Source: Candidatus Nanopusillus sp. (GTDB lineage Archaea > Nanobdellota > Nanobdellia > Nanobdellales > Nanobdellaceae). From it: DNA of 32,000 nt. The stretch covers positions 35,401 to 67,400 of the forward strand of contig JAPYVP010000001.1 in assembly GCA_028276785.1 (NCBI GenBank). Reading direction: 5' to 3'. Both the position numbers and the translations under genes were made by a program. Shown piece by piece: positions 8,026-16,484 of the stretch. The notes beneath the pieces are model-generated. The model had not been told where the DNA came from. It was given only the letters and a program-made list of their open reading frames with translations, and searched no databases. Numbering within the stretch: the first letter of the stretch is position 1; the number at the start of each line of letters is the position of its first letter.

Positions 8026-8659
8026 AATGTGTTTGATTAATTCTTTTTACATATACTGTTACAAGTTGATAAAATGTAATATTATTTACTGAATAACATG
8101 GTATGTAATTACATATAATATTTCCATTTGTATTTTCTGTACATGTTATATTTCCATATAAATTTGTTGGAAATAAAAATACAAAAGTTTGATTTGAAGT
8201 ATTTTTATTACTCAAACAAAAACTATATAAGAAATAATAAAAGTCTGAATAATAATTTTTACATATGGTAAATTTGATATAATCTAAAGAATAATATACT
8301 GAAATTGGATACGTATATGTATTACAATTTCCATTGAAATTTATAATTCCAAAACTATAATTACCAATTTCTGCTCTAAATGTATAGGGAAATATTGTAC
8401 AATTTGGAAGCATATTATAATATGTTTGATTGAATTGCCTTATTTTTTCCATTGTTGTGAAGTATATTGGATAATTTGGATATCCTATACAATTTGGAGA
8501 AAATAGGTTGTATATTATTTCTTGTTGATATGAAAAAGAAGTTTGTTCTTTATAATTTGTTAAATTAATGCTAGAAAATATCGCTAATAAAAGTATCATA
8601 CCTAATAAAAATAATACAGTTAATATTGTTATAAATACTATGGAAAATTGTCCTTTCAT
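8012..8659 (-). CDS. Pilin-like secreted protein, Cys-rich (215 aa); last gene of the operon
   Basis: N-terminus MKG|QFSIVFITILTVLFLLGMILLLAIF matches the archaeal class III signal pattern (K-G|Q plus hydrophobic helix). 9 Cys and several N-x-S/T sequons. Confidence 0.6.
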   Translation of the reverse strand: MKGQFSIVFITILTVLFLLGMILLLAIFSSINLTNYKEQTSFSYQQEIIYNLFSPNCIGYPNYPIYFTTMEKIRQFNQTYYNMLPNCTIFPYTFRAEIGNYSFGIINFNGNCNTYTYPISVYYSLDYIKFTICKNYYSDFYYFLYSFCLSNKNTSNQTFVFLFPTNLYGNITCTENTNGNIICNYIPCYSVNNITFYQLVTVYVKRINQTHFMIA

Positions 8660-8667
8660 CTTTTATA

Positions 8668-9903
8668 TTAGAGATAATCTTTTATACATTCCTCTGGAAA
8701 TGGTATTGTTTCTGGGCATGTTGGGTTGTTAGGACATTGTCCAGGTAAACATACTGGACATTCTTCTCCACCAATTATACACATATAGCATTCAACTGGG
8801 ATTGAATAATAATATGGGAATGTAAATATTATTTTTGAATCTTCTCTACTTATGCTTACATCACCACATCCATCTATTGCGGAACATGAATATTTTTGAT
8901 CTTGTAATGTACAACTTTTCGATATTGCTTCTTTATTTGTTTCGTTGTATATTCCCGTACAACTATATATACAATTTAGATAATATTTGTTTGTTACATT
9001 TTCATAAAAAACTATTGAAGTAATAGTTATGGATTGTGGATATGTATTCCCATTATAATATACATTATATCTATTATCAGAACATTTTAATATTACTCTA
9101 CAAGCAATTTCTCTAGGATATAAACATATTTCACATAATGGAATATCCACACACTTATGTGGGATTATTGTTTCGTTACATTGAATATACGGATTATTTG
9201 AAAATTGTTCAAATCTCCTTGCACAATTATTGGTTGTAACATTATTAAATAATGTATTTACACAATCTTGAAAAGAACATTCGGGAAATTCTTCTAAAGA
9301 AAATTGGTATGCTAGATTATATAAATAAAATGCTGGATTGTTTGTTATATTTGATGTAGATGCATAGGGAATTATTGAACCAGAGGAAGGTCCAGTAATA
9401 TTTATATATACTCCTTGAACATAAACAGGAAAGTTATAATTATATTTTCCGGAATATATATCATCACATGTTCCTAGAATACCAGCTCGATAATTATTTG
9501 AAAAATTGAAAGATATATTATATGGATGATAGTATCTATATGCAAACAAATATTGTTCCCCATAACTTATTAAGCTTGTAAATCCAGAAGTTAGCAAATT
9601 ATTGTAATATTGAATCGCATTTTCACATGGTTGTGGTAATATACACTGAGGAGGAAAAGAAGCCCAGTTTTCTTTTCCCCAACCACTTGTTCCTGCTACA
9701 TAAGATTTTGCATAACCCTCCTGTGTTAGTGCTGTTTGTAAATATCCTAAAAGGTAGTTTGATAAAGTTGATAAAGATGTAAATCTACCAAAAACAACAT
9801 TCTGATTATAATTATATGTTAATGCATAAAAAGATAGAAGAATTATTAATATAGAAACTGTCAAAAATAGAACTACATAAATACTTTCTGTTTGATTTCT
9901 CAT
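8668..9903 (-). CDS. Large Cys-rich pilin-like secreted protein (411 aa)
   Basis: MRN|QTESIYVVLFLTVSILIILLSFYAL N-terminus. About 24 Cys, including a C-terminal cluster CYMCIIGGEECPVCLPGQCPNNPTCPETIPFPEEC. Many sequons. 4-nt overlap with the upstream gene. Confidence 0.6.
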   Translation of the reverse strand: MRNQTESIYVVLFLTVSILIILLSFYALTYNYNQNVVFGRFTSLSTLSNYLLGYLQTALTQEGYAKSYVAGTSGWGKENWASFPPQCILPQPCENAIQYYNNLLTSGFTSLISYGEQYLFAYRYYHPYNISFNFSNNYRAGILGTCDDIYSGKYNYNFPVYVQGVYINITGPSSGSIIPYASTSNITNNPAFYLYNLAYQFSLEEFPECSFQDCVNTLFNNVTTNNCARRFEQFSNNPYIQCNETIIPHKCVDIPLCEICLYPREIACRVILKCSDNRYNVYYNGNTYPQSITITSIVFYENVTNKYYLNCIYSCTGIYNETNKEAISKSCTLQDQKYSCSAIDGCGDVSISREDSKIIFTFPYYYSIPVECYMCIIGGEECPVCLPGQCPNNPTCPETIPFPEECIKDYL

Positions 9904-11105
9904 AATTTTAATTTAACATGAAGGTATATAAGTGTTAATATAATCATTGTTACTACCAATCCATGTATTATACCTAGTATTTTCATTATATTTGGTATAG
10001 ATAATATACTTAATGGAGGACCTCCATATACTGCAAATTCTAGTAACTCTCCAATTACAACTTGTATTATAAGTAATATTCCAATTGTAATACCAATAGC
10101 TTTTTTAATTGGTTTTTTAACATTACTAAATAGTTTATAATGTATTCCCATGAAGAAAAATATCATAGCCATAAGATATCTTGTATGTAGAGCATAAGAA
10201 GTAAAATCTTTATATGATGTAAATAATGCGCCCAAAAATATTATCAAGACCATAGTAAATAGTAAGAAGTAATTTGTGAAATGATCATTTTTCATGCTCT
10301 TATAAATTAAGAAATAAATAATAAATTCAAATATGGATAAAAATATAAGAGCTTTATATACAGTAATCTGATATTTTACAATTAAACCCTCTGAAGCTAG
10401 ATTACTATAAGATGATAACCCGTATATAGCTATAATAAGTTGTAATATTATAATAAAAAATATTAATAAAAATATGTACTTTTTATATTTATAAATTTCT
10501 GATAATTTTTTGAATATTTTTGTTCTTACTATAAGTATTTCATTGCCATTAGAATATACAATCAGAAATAGAAATATGGCAAATACAATAAACAAAGTTG
10601 AATATAATATTTTGAAAGTATAAATATTTGATAATGCAAAATTAATGATTGAACCAACTATAGGCCCTGTTGCTACTTCTAAATCTATGGTTATAACGTT
10701 GATTACCAATTCAAGGAAAAATAGTATTATAAATAAAACTAAAGAAAGCACATAAAATATTAAAGATTTTTTTGAAATATAAAAGTTATTTTCAAATAAA
10801 TAATATCCTAGAGCAAATGCTATAAAGTAAAATATCCAATAATTTATTGAAAGACCAAGTGATAAACGTACTAATAAAGGCCAATCTTGATAATAGAGAG
10901 TTCCAAAAATTATAAATGGTATAAGTAAAAATACTGACTTATATATCAAAGAAGTATTCTTCGAATTTTTTAATATAAAAGATAATAAAAATAGATATAT
11001 TGTACCAAAGATAATTATGTTAATATTAAATTTACTATCAAAAGTAAAAAATAAGAATATTAATAGATATAAAAGAAATAAAATTTTATCTTGTTTTTTT
11101 ACCAT
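9900..11105 (-). CDS. Polytopic integral membrane protein of unknown function (401 aa, roughly 10 or more TM segments)
   Basis: Almost entirely hydrophobic segments separated by short K/N/S loops. Embedded in the operon with overlaps at both ends (7 and 4 nt). No GxGD prepilin-peptidase motif and no recognisable family. Confidence 0.6.
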   Translation of the reverse strand: MVKKQDKILFLLYLLIFLFFTFDSKFNINIIIFGTIYLFLLSFILKNSKNTSLIYKSVFLLIPFIIFGTLYYQDWPLLVRLSLGLSINYWIFYFIAFALGYYLFENNFYISKKSLIFYVLSLVLFIILFFLELVINVITIDLEVATGPIVGSIINFALSNIYTFKILYSTLFIVFAIFLFLIVYSNGNEILIVRTKIFKKLSEIYKYKKYIFLLIFFIIILQLIIAIYGLSSYSNLASEGLIVKYQITVYKALIFLSIFEFIIYFLIYKSMKNDHFTNYFLLFTMVLIIFLGALFTSYKDFTSYALHTRYLMAMIFFFMGIHYKLFSNVKKPIKKAIGITIGILLIIQVVIGELLEFAVYGGPPLSILSIPNIMKILGIIHGLVVTMIILTLIYLHVKLKL

Positions 11106-12727
11106 ACTGTTAATTTAGAAACAAGATATCCGCCTAGAAAAGGCATATCTACTGGCAAATATATGTAATATACATATATGTTTGTGTTTGGTGGTATTGG
11201 ATATCCTAAACTTACACTATTTTGACTACTTTGGTAAATATAAGCGTTTAATTCTTCTTTGTTTCCTGTATCGGTAATACAATATGCTCTTGCCATTGCA
11301 ACGCCATTTGATCCAGCATGTGGATCATAATATACTGCAGAAATTATAAACTGATTTGTATTTGGATCCCTATCATTTATTACCCATCTAGTAATATTAA
11401 ATCTATAAAATCCTTGAGCATATGTATTAATACCACCCAAGTAAACTAAAGGACACTCCTTTCCAACAATAATTCCGTTTATATTTTGTATATCATTGTA
11501 TACACCAGTTGGACATCTTATTGTTCTTCCATTTATTTTATATTCACACAAAGGATCTGCTGCTAAAAATACATAATCTGGTTGTCCATTTTTATTTAAA
11601 TAAGAAATATATAGAGCTACTGTTTCATGCCATGGATAATCTATAAATACTTGTTGACAATTTGGTAGTATATTTACTATACCTCTATAAAAAGATCCTA
11701 CAACTAATACCTGACCACCCCCACAAAGGGAATTACCTGTATATCTTGTACCAAATTCTTGTTGACATGCTGCATCTAAATATTCTCTTGGGATTATAAA
11801 ATCTGCTAGTCTATTTATGTCAGTAGCAGTTTTATAAACAGGAGGACCTTGATAATAATAAGGTGTAGAGGTTAAATATTGATTATTAGTTGCTGGACAA
11901 GATCCTGTATATATGCATAAGAATCCAGAAAATAAATTTGGTAAGTTAGATACTGGATGAGCTGGCGTACCACCTACACCTAAAAAATTTGGAAATAAAT
12001 GCCATTCACTATTGGGGCAATATACAGAAGCTTCAGTAAAATTATGATTTGGAAGTATTCTTGATAGAGGTTCACAATATCCTAATCGTATGGCTATTTC
12101 TTGTGATTGTTGTGGATAAAATGATTGTAAGCCCCATGCATTTGTTGATAATGTTTGATGAAAAGGTGCTGTTGCATTGACCCATCCAGCTCCATATATA
12201 GTTAGGCTTACTGGTATATCAATATTCTGTGTATAATTATTTGTAAAGAAATACGTATAATTCCATTCATACCATTGTTTGCCATTTTGATCTGGTGGAG
12301 GTCTCATTGAACATGGATCCCAATTATTTATATTGCCAGCTACTATGAACATCTGGACAATCCATCCAGTTATTGGTGGTACAAAATATATTGTAAGGTT
12401 CCATCTATTTCCATATATACTATTGAAATAATTTGTTATAGTCTGCGATATATTTGTACATATATTTTGATTTATGCAGTATGTATCGTTTCCAGAAGAT
12501 GAAAAATAAGATAATAAAAATGCGTAGGATAAGTTAACTTTATTATCATTAACATATGATAATAAAACAATACTATTCTGGATTGTTAGTGTGTATTGAT
12601 TTTCTACATTATATGTTTGCATTGTTCTTTGATTATAGTTACTTGATATTAAGGTATATAATAGAACTAATAATGATATTATTGAAATTATAATAACAAA
12701 TGTTATAGTATTTATTTGGTTTCTCAT
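11099..12727 (-). CDS. Large Cys-rich pilin-like secreted protein (542 aa)
   Basis: MRN|QINTITFVIIISIISLLVLLYTLI N-terminus. About 14 Cys, G/P/Y/N-rich globular part, sequons. 4-nt overlap with the upstream gene. Confidence 0.6.
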   Translation of the reverse strand: MRNQINTITFVIIISIISLLVLLYTLISSNYNQRTMQTYNVENQYTLTIQNSIVLLSYVNDNKVNLSYAFLLSYFSSSGNDTYCINQNICTNISQTITNYFNSIYGNRWNLTIYFVPPITGWIVQMFIVAGNINNWDPCSMRPPPDQNGKQWYEWNYTYFFTNNYTQNIDIPVSLTIYGAGWVNATAPFHQTLSTNAWGLQSFYPQQSQEIAIRLGYCEPLSRILPNHNFTEASVYCPNSEWHLFPNFLGVGGTPAHPVSNLPNLFSGFLCIYTGSCPATNNQYLTSTPYYYQGPPVYKTATDINRLADFIIPREYLDAACQQEFGTRYTGNSLCGGGQVLVVGSFYRGIVNILPNCQQVFIDYPWHETVALYISYLNKNGQPDYVFLAADPLCEYKINGRTIRCPTGVYNDIQNINGIIVGKECPLVYLGGINTYAQGFYRFNITRWVINDRDPNTNQFIISAVYYDPHAGSNGVAMARAYCITDTGNKEELNAYIYQSSQNSVSLGYPIPPNTNIYVYYIYLPVDMPFLGGYLVSKLTVW

Positions 12728-13581
12728 TTTAGATAATATAATAGCATAAATAGGCCTATTATTACTATAATTATAACTATTGCTGCTGGCAAAATCAAAT
12801 TAACGTTGTTGTTGTTATTAGTACTTACATTTGGTTGTGGATAAATTAATTGTTGGTTATTATTTGTTAAATTTACTTCAGTTTGATTTATACATTCAAA
12901 TACGCCAGTACAAGATATATAAACAATATTTGGTGGTGGACATTTTTGTAGAAATTCTTGATATAATTGATTTAATGAATAATTGTATGGACATCTAAAC
13001 CAGTTACCTTGGAAAGATAGATTTTCTGGACAATAACCACAGCCGTAAAAATTATGGTAGTATGATAATAGTTGCTGATAGGATTCATTACCTGCTAAGT
13101 AAGAAGGTGGTATATATGGGGGATCAAAACAAGGGTAAATTTGATTAGAACATGGTGGATAATACCAAGGCATATTTGGACAATTTAATAGACTATCACA
13201 TAATGTTTGATTCTCCTCTGGTATAATTACATCTTGATATGCAGATGGAGGAATTAATAGATATGGACTAACTAATGTACCGTTTGGATATTTACAATAA
13301 CTGCTATTTACATATATCAATCCATAACGAGTACAAAATGAATACTCTGGAGGTACATTATTTTCATAATATTGTAGAGCATCAAAATATGTATTATTTA
13401 TAATACAATAGACACCTGTATCATTTGTATAATAAGTTCCTCCACCATATTCACAATAAACTGCTATTGGATTTTTCATAGAATATATACTATTCATAGA
13501 GTATATGTATATAATATATAAAAAAATTATAAAAATAATTATAATAAGTGCTAATAAATTTCTATTTTGCGAGAGTAACAT
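12724..13581 (-). CDS. Cys/Pro-rich surface protein with DUF333-like module, N-terminal hydrophobic helix and C-terminal TM anchor (285 aa)
   Basis: KNPIAVYCEYGGGTYYTNDTGVYCIINNTYFDALQYY resembles the DUF333 pattern NPA..YC...GG.......G.C. 14 Cys. Pro-rich stretch CPNMPWYYPPCSNQIYPCFDPPYIPPSY. C-terminal LILPAAIVIIIVIIGLFMLLYYLK. Confidence 0.55.
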   Translation of the reverse strand: MLLSQNRNLLALIIIIFIIFLYIIYIYSMNSIYSMKNPIAVYCEYGGGTYYTNDTGVYCIINNTYFDALQYYENNVPPEYSFCTRYGLIYVNSSYCKYPNGTLVSPYLLIPPSAYQDVIIPEENQTLCDSLLNCPNMPWYYPPCSNQIYPCFDPPYIPPSYLAGNESYQQLLSYYHNFYGCGYCPENLSFQGNWFRCPYNYSLNQLYQEFLQKCPPPNIVYISCTGVFECINQTEVNLTNNNQQLIYPQPNVSTNNNNNVNLILPAAIVIIIVIIGLFMLLYYLK

Positions 13582-15118
13582 TTTGTATTGCTACAATTGA
13601 AAACTTAGGAAATGATAGGCCGAAAGGCGACTGCTCAAATGGTATGTATATGTATCCATCTTGCATCCAATAAACCCCTCCACAAGGTGCTCCCATTGCA
13701 GTGCTGCAAGCTCGATAATTTGAATAATATTTATAGCACTCACTTTTACTACGAGTTATCATACGCATTCTACCATCTGAAGTAAAAGCTAAGCATCCTG
13801 TTACACGTCCCCAAGAATTTTGAATTATCCAACATTTTGGAGTTCCATATACTTCTTGACATAGTTGGGATTGTGTATCATATCCAACCAACAGCATAGC
13901 ATGACCCGTATCACCTACAAAATATAAAGGATACATGTTTGGATTAGATCCGCCCTCTCCAGCCATATAGCCACTAACCGTCAATGGTCCATAACACAGT
14001 AAATATTGAATTATTTCCTGACTTGATAGAGACTTCCCTCTTTGAACTAATTCCATAACTTTGTGTGAATAATACATTGGTGAAGTAGGTCCATTATAAT
14101 CAAAACCACATACATCATCAGGATAACTGATGGCATCGTCATTCGTACTACATCCTTTTAAAGTAGAACTATAATATCTTCGTCCAGGATCTGCTGGTAT
14201 ACCATATTGAGATGTATATAGTATACCGTAGTATGGCAAACCACCATTACAACCTATATTATGTTCACAATATTTTGGAGTATTTGGATATCTATAATTG
14301 CACTTTATTGCTATGTATGCGGCAGATAATGTTAATCCTTCATTAGGTTTATTATTTCTTATCATATAGATTGCAGCAATCCCGTTTGAAGATGCAAATG
14401 CCCAATAGTCTCCACAAACCCCTTGATCGCCTACTGGAGGTAAATAATTATTCCCATCTACATCACCCCAGAAAAATTTTGGTTGTCCAGTATATTTAAC
14501 TAAACATCTACTATTTGGGTCAATAGTATTATTAGTTTGATTAGTTTGATTTGTATTATTGTTATTTGTTTGATTGGTATTATTTGTCTGATTAGTCTGA
14601 TTATTTTGATTATTATTATTATTCTGATTTTGATTATTGTTATTATTTTGATTATTATCTGGATTTATAACTATAATAGTCCCGTTAGGCAAATATCGAT
14701 TAAATATAAAAATTGTATCATTAAAATCTGCAGAAATAAAAATAGTATTATTTGTACTAACCAAATATATATAATTATTTGGATATAAAAAACTTACATT
14801 TTGACCATTATTGTATAAAATTACGGATTTATTTTGAAAATTAATCGTATAATTATTATTATTATATTGGATTATTAATTCGTTGTCTCTTGAATATAAT
14901 ATAATTCCACTTGGTATATCAACTTTTATATAATATGTACCTTGCATATTATTTATTGTATCCTGTAAATTTTGTAAATTATTGACAAAATTTTCAAATA
15001 TGAATTTTTCTTGTTCCCTTTTAACATTTGTAGAATATTGATAATAAATTAAGAAAGATAATGATACGATTAATAATATTATTGCTACTGAAAGCAAATT
15101 TAACTGATTCTTTTTCAT
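13562..15118 (-). CDS. Pilin-like N-terminus + small beta-rich module + N/Q/T linker + papain-fold (peptidase C1-like) domain with Cys-to-Tyr at the nucleophile position (518 aa)
   Basis: MKKN|QLNLLSVAIILLIVSLSFLIYY. C1 motifs GDQGVCGDYWAFAS (papain QGSCGSCWAFS), GCNGGLPYYG, GHAMLLVGYD and WIIQNSWG. Gln, His and Asn are conserved, but the nucleophile codon is TAT (14405-14407, minus strand) instead of TGT/TGC. Confidence 0.75.
   Translation of the reverse strand: MKKNQLNLLSVAIILLIVSLSFLIYYQYSTNVKREQEKFIFENFVNNLQNLQDTINNMQGTYYIKVDIPSGIILYSRDNELIIQYNNNNYTINFQNKSVILYNNGQNVSFLYPNNYIYLVSTNNTIFISADFNDTIFIFNRYLPNGTIIVINPDNNQNNNNNQNQNNNNNQNNQTNQTNNTNQTNNNNTNQTNQTNNTIDPNSRCLVKYTGQPKFFWGDVDGNNYLPPVGDQGVCGDYWAFASSNGIAAIYMIRNNKPNEGLTLSAAYIAIKCNYRYPNTPKYCEHNIGCNGGLPYYGILYTSQYGIPADPGRRYYSSTLKGCSTNDDAISYPDDVCGFDYNGPTSPMYYSHKVMELVQRGKSLSSQEIIQYLLCYGPLTVSGYMAGEGGSNPNMYPLYFVGDTGHAMLLVGYDTQSQLCQEVYGTPKCWIIQNSWGRVTGCLAFTSDGRMRMITRSKSECYKYYSNYRACSTAMGAPCGGVYWMQDGYIYIPFEQSPFGLSFPKFSIVAIQNVTLAK
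14525..14659 (-). repeat. Imperfect short tandem repeats encoding an N/Q/T low-complexity linker
   Basis: Encodes DNNQNNNNNQNQNNNNNQNNQTNQTNNTNQTNNNNTNQTNQTNNT. The plus strand shows reiterated TTGATTAGT / TTGATTATT-type units. Confidence 0.7.
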
Positions 15119-15157
15119 TATGATCTATTAATATCTAAAAAATTTTTTAAAATTTTT

Positions 15158-15598
15158 TTAACTTGGGTTTTCTATATAAATTGTTACATCTGTTGGAGAT
15201 GTTTTTTTAACAAGCAATGGTATTTTTTGATTTGGACTCCCACGTGACAATTCATAGAATAATCCGGAAGTATAATATTGAATCATATTATTTGTTGTAT
15301 TTATTATTACATTGCAAGGCACTGTATAATTATAATATTTGTCATATATGTAACAACTTAGTAAATTACCATTACTATATATATAATTTAGATATTTGTT
15401 TATTTCAATAGTAATATGAAATTCTGTTCCATTATTGGAATAGCACGCTCTTTCAACTGTTGTATATAAATTTTGACATGAAGATATATTTTTATATAAT
15501 AATTGAGTCTCATTATTTATGCCTACAAATTTAAAATATAAATATAAAGATAAACCAAAAGCAACAATTGCTATAATTATCCAAAACCACTTTTCCAT
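15158..15598 (-). CDS. Small pilin-like / signal-anchored secreted protein (146 aa)
   Basis: MEKWFWIIIAIVAFGLSLYLYF N-terminal helix, 4 Cys, sequons. Member of the run of four small genes. Separated from the next downstream gene by the only gap over 10 nt in the operon (39 nt). Confidence 0.55.
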   Translation of the reverse strand: MEKWFWIIIAIVAFGLSLYLYFKFVGINNETQLLYKNISSCQNLYTTVERACYSNNGTEFHITIEINKYLNYIYSNGNLLSCYIYDKYYNYTVPCNVIINTTNNMIQYYTSGLFYELSRGSPNQKIPLLVKKTSPTDVTIYIENPS

Positions 15599-15600
15599 CT

Positions 15601-16014
15601 TTATCCTTGAATATTAATATAAACATAATTTCCTGCCGAATAAATTAATATATACTTTCCAGGATTTATATTATAATTACAATTTTGCATTACAACATTC
15701 GGATCTATGCTGTTTACTTTATTTATTAAATCTTGACATGTAAATGATGGTCCTTGATAATGAATCAAATAACATAAACCTTGGGCTTTTTTATAATAAC
15801 ATGATACTACATTCATTGCAACAGTTGTCATTGAATTTACATTTGTTTCTACTATAGTTTGTGTATTATTATATTTTGGCATTATGTTATCTACATATGA
15901 AGATACGTTCCCTCTTAATACAAATATTATTCCTATAATTGTTATGGTAACAATTATCCCGATAAATATTAAAAAAGTATAATTAATTGGAAGCTCTTGA
16001 ATTCTCATTGCCAT
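15601..16014 (-). CDS. Small pilin-like protein (137 aa)
   Basis: MAMRIQELPINYTFLIFIGIIVTITIIGIIFVL N-terminus, 4-5 Cys, C-terminal strand motif KYILIYSAGNYVYINIQG. Confidence 0.55.
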   Translation of the reverse strand: MAMRIQELPINYTFLIFIGIIVTITIIGIIFVLRGNVSSYVDNIMPKYNNTQTIVETNVNSMTTVAMNVVSCYYKKAQGLCYLIHYQGPSFTCQDLINKVNSIDPNVVMQNCNYNINPGKYILIYSAGNYVYINIQG

Positions 16015-16484
16015 ATTATAATATAACTATTGTTGTATATTATAAATATGCTGTTGTATGGATATATTCTTCCTTCACTATTATTTAAACGGAATATAAT
16101 TTTATTTGGATTAAATTTAGTATAATTTTGTACATATTGTATTAATGTTGTCGAATTTAGGACAATATTCTTATTTATATAAACATCATAACATATATCA
16201 AATAATTTATTTGTATTTACATTATTATTGTAACAATTTAATATTAATCCTACTATACTTGAATAAATTGTATCAATACTCTCATTTGAATATATAACAT
16301 TTATTGCAGAAGGATAATATTCTTTGCATGATGGGGAAAAACCGCCCTGTGATATTAATGTTTGACAATAATATGCTTGAGAATTACTAAAGAATTTTGT
16401 ATATATAATGCTTAATATAACTACGGCGGATATTATTGCTATTATTATTATAAATATAGTATCTATTGCTATGTCGTTCTTCAT
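16005..16484 (-). CDS. Small pilin-like protein (159 aa)
   Basis: MKNDIAIDTIFIIIIAIISAVVILSIIY N-terminus, 4 Cys, C-terminal motif NSIFIIYNNSYIIIWQ. 4-nt overlap upstream and 10-nt overlap downstream. Confidence 0.55.
   Translation of the reverse strand: MKNDIAIDTIFIIIIAIISAVVILSIIYTKFFSNSQAYYCQTLISQGGFSPSCKEYYPSAINVIYSNESIDTIYSSIVGLILNCYNNNVNTNKLFDICYDVYINKNIVLNSTTLIQYVQNYTKFNPNKIIFRLNNSEGRIYPYNSIFIIYNNSYIIIWQ

Noticed and set aside
9900-11105. The 401-aa polytopic protein as the missing prepilin peptidase (PibD/FlaK/EppA type).
   Set aside because: I could not find the two conserved Asp motifs, in particular a GxGD box. The size and helix count also exceed typical A24 peptidases. It is left unassigned.
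14525-14659. Short reiterated units that might suggest a CRISPR array or a satellite.
   Set aside because: The units are 6-9 nt, contiguous and in-frame coding sequence. There is no 25-40 nt repeat/spacer periodicity here or anywhere else in the window.
14537-14788. 83-aa plus-strand ORF made almost entirely of Ile/Leu, which looks like a membrane peptide.
   Set aside because: It is the reverse-complement shadow of the Asn/Gln/Thr linker codons (AAT/AAC/CAA read backwards give ATT/GTT/TTG). The minus-strand frame continues into a well-supported papain-fold domain.
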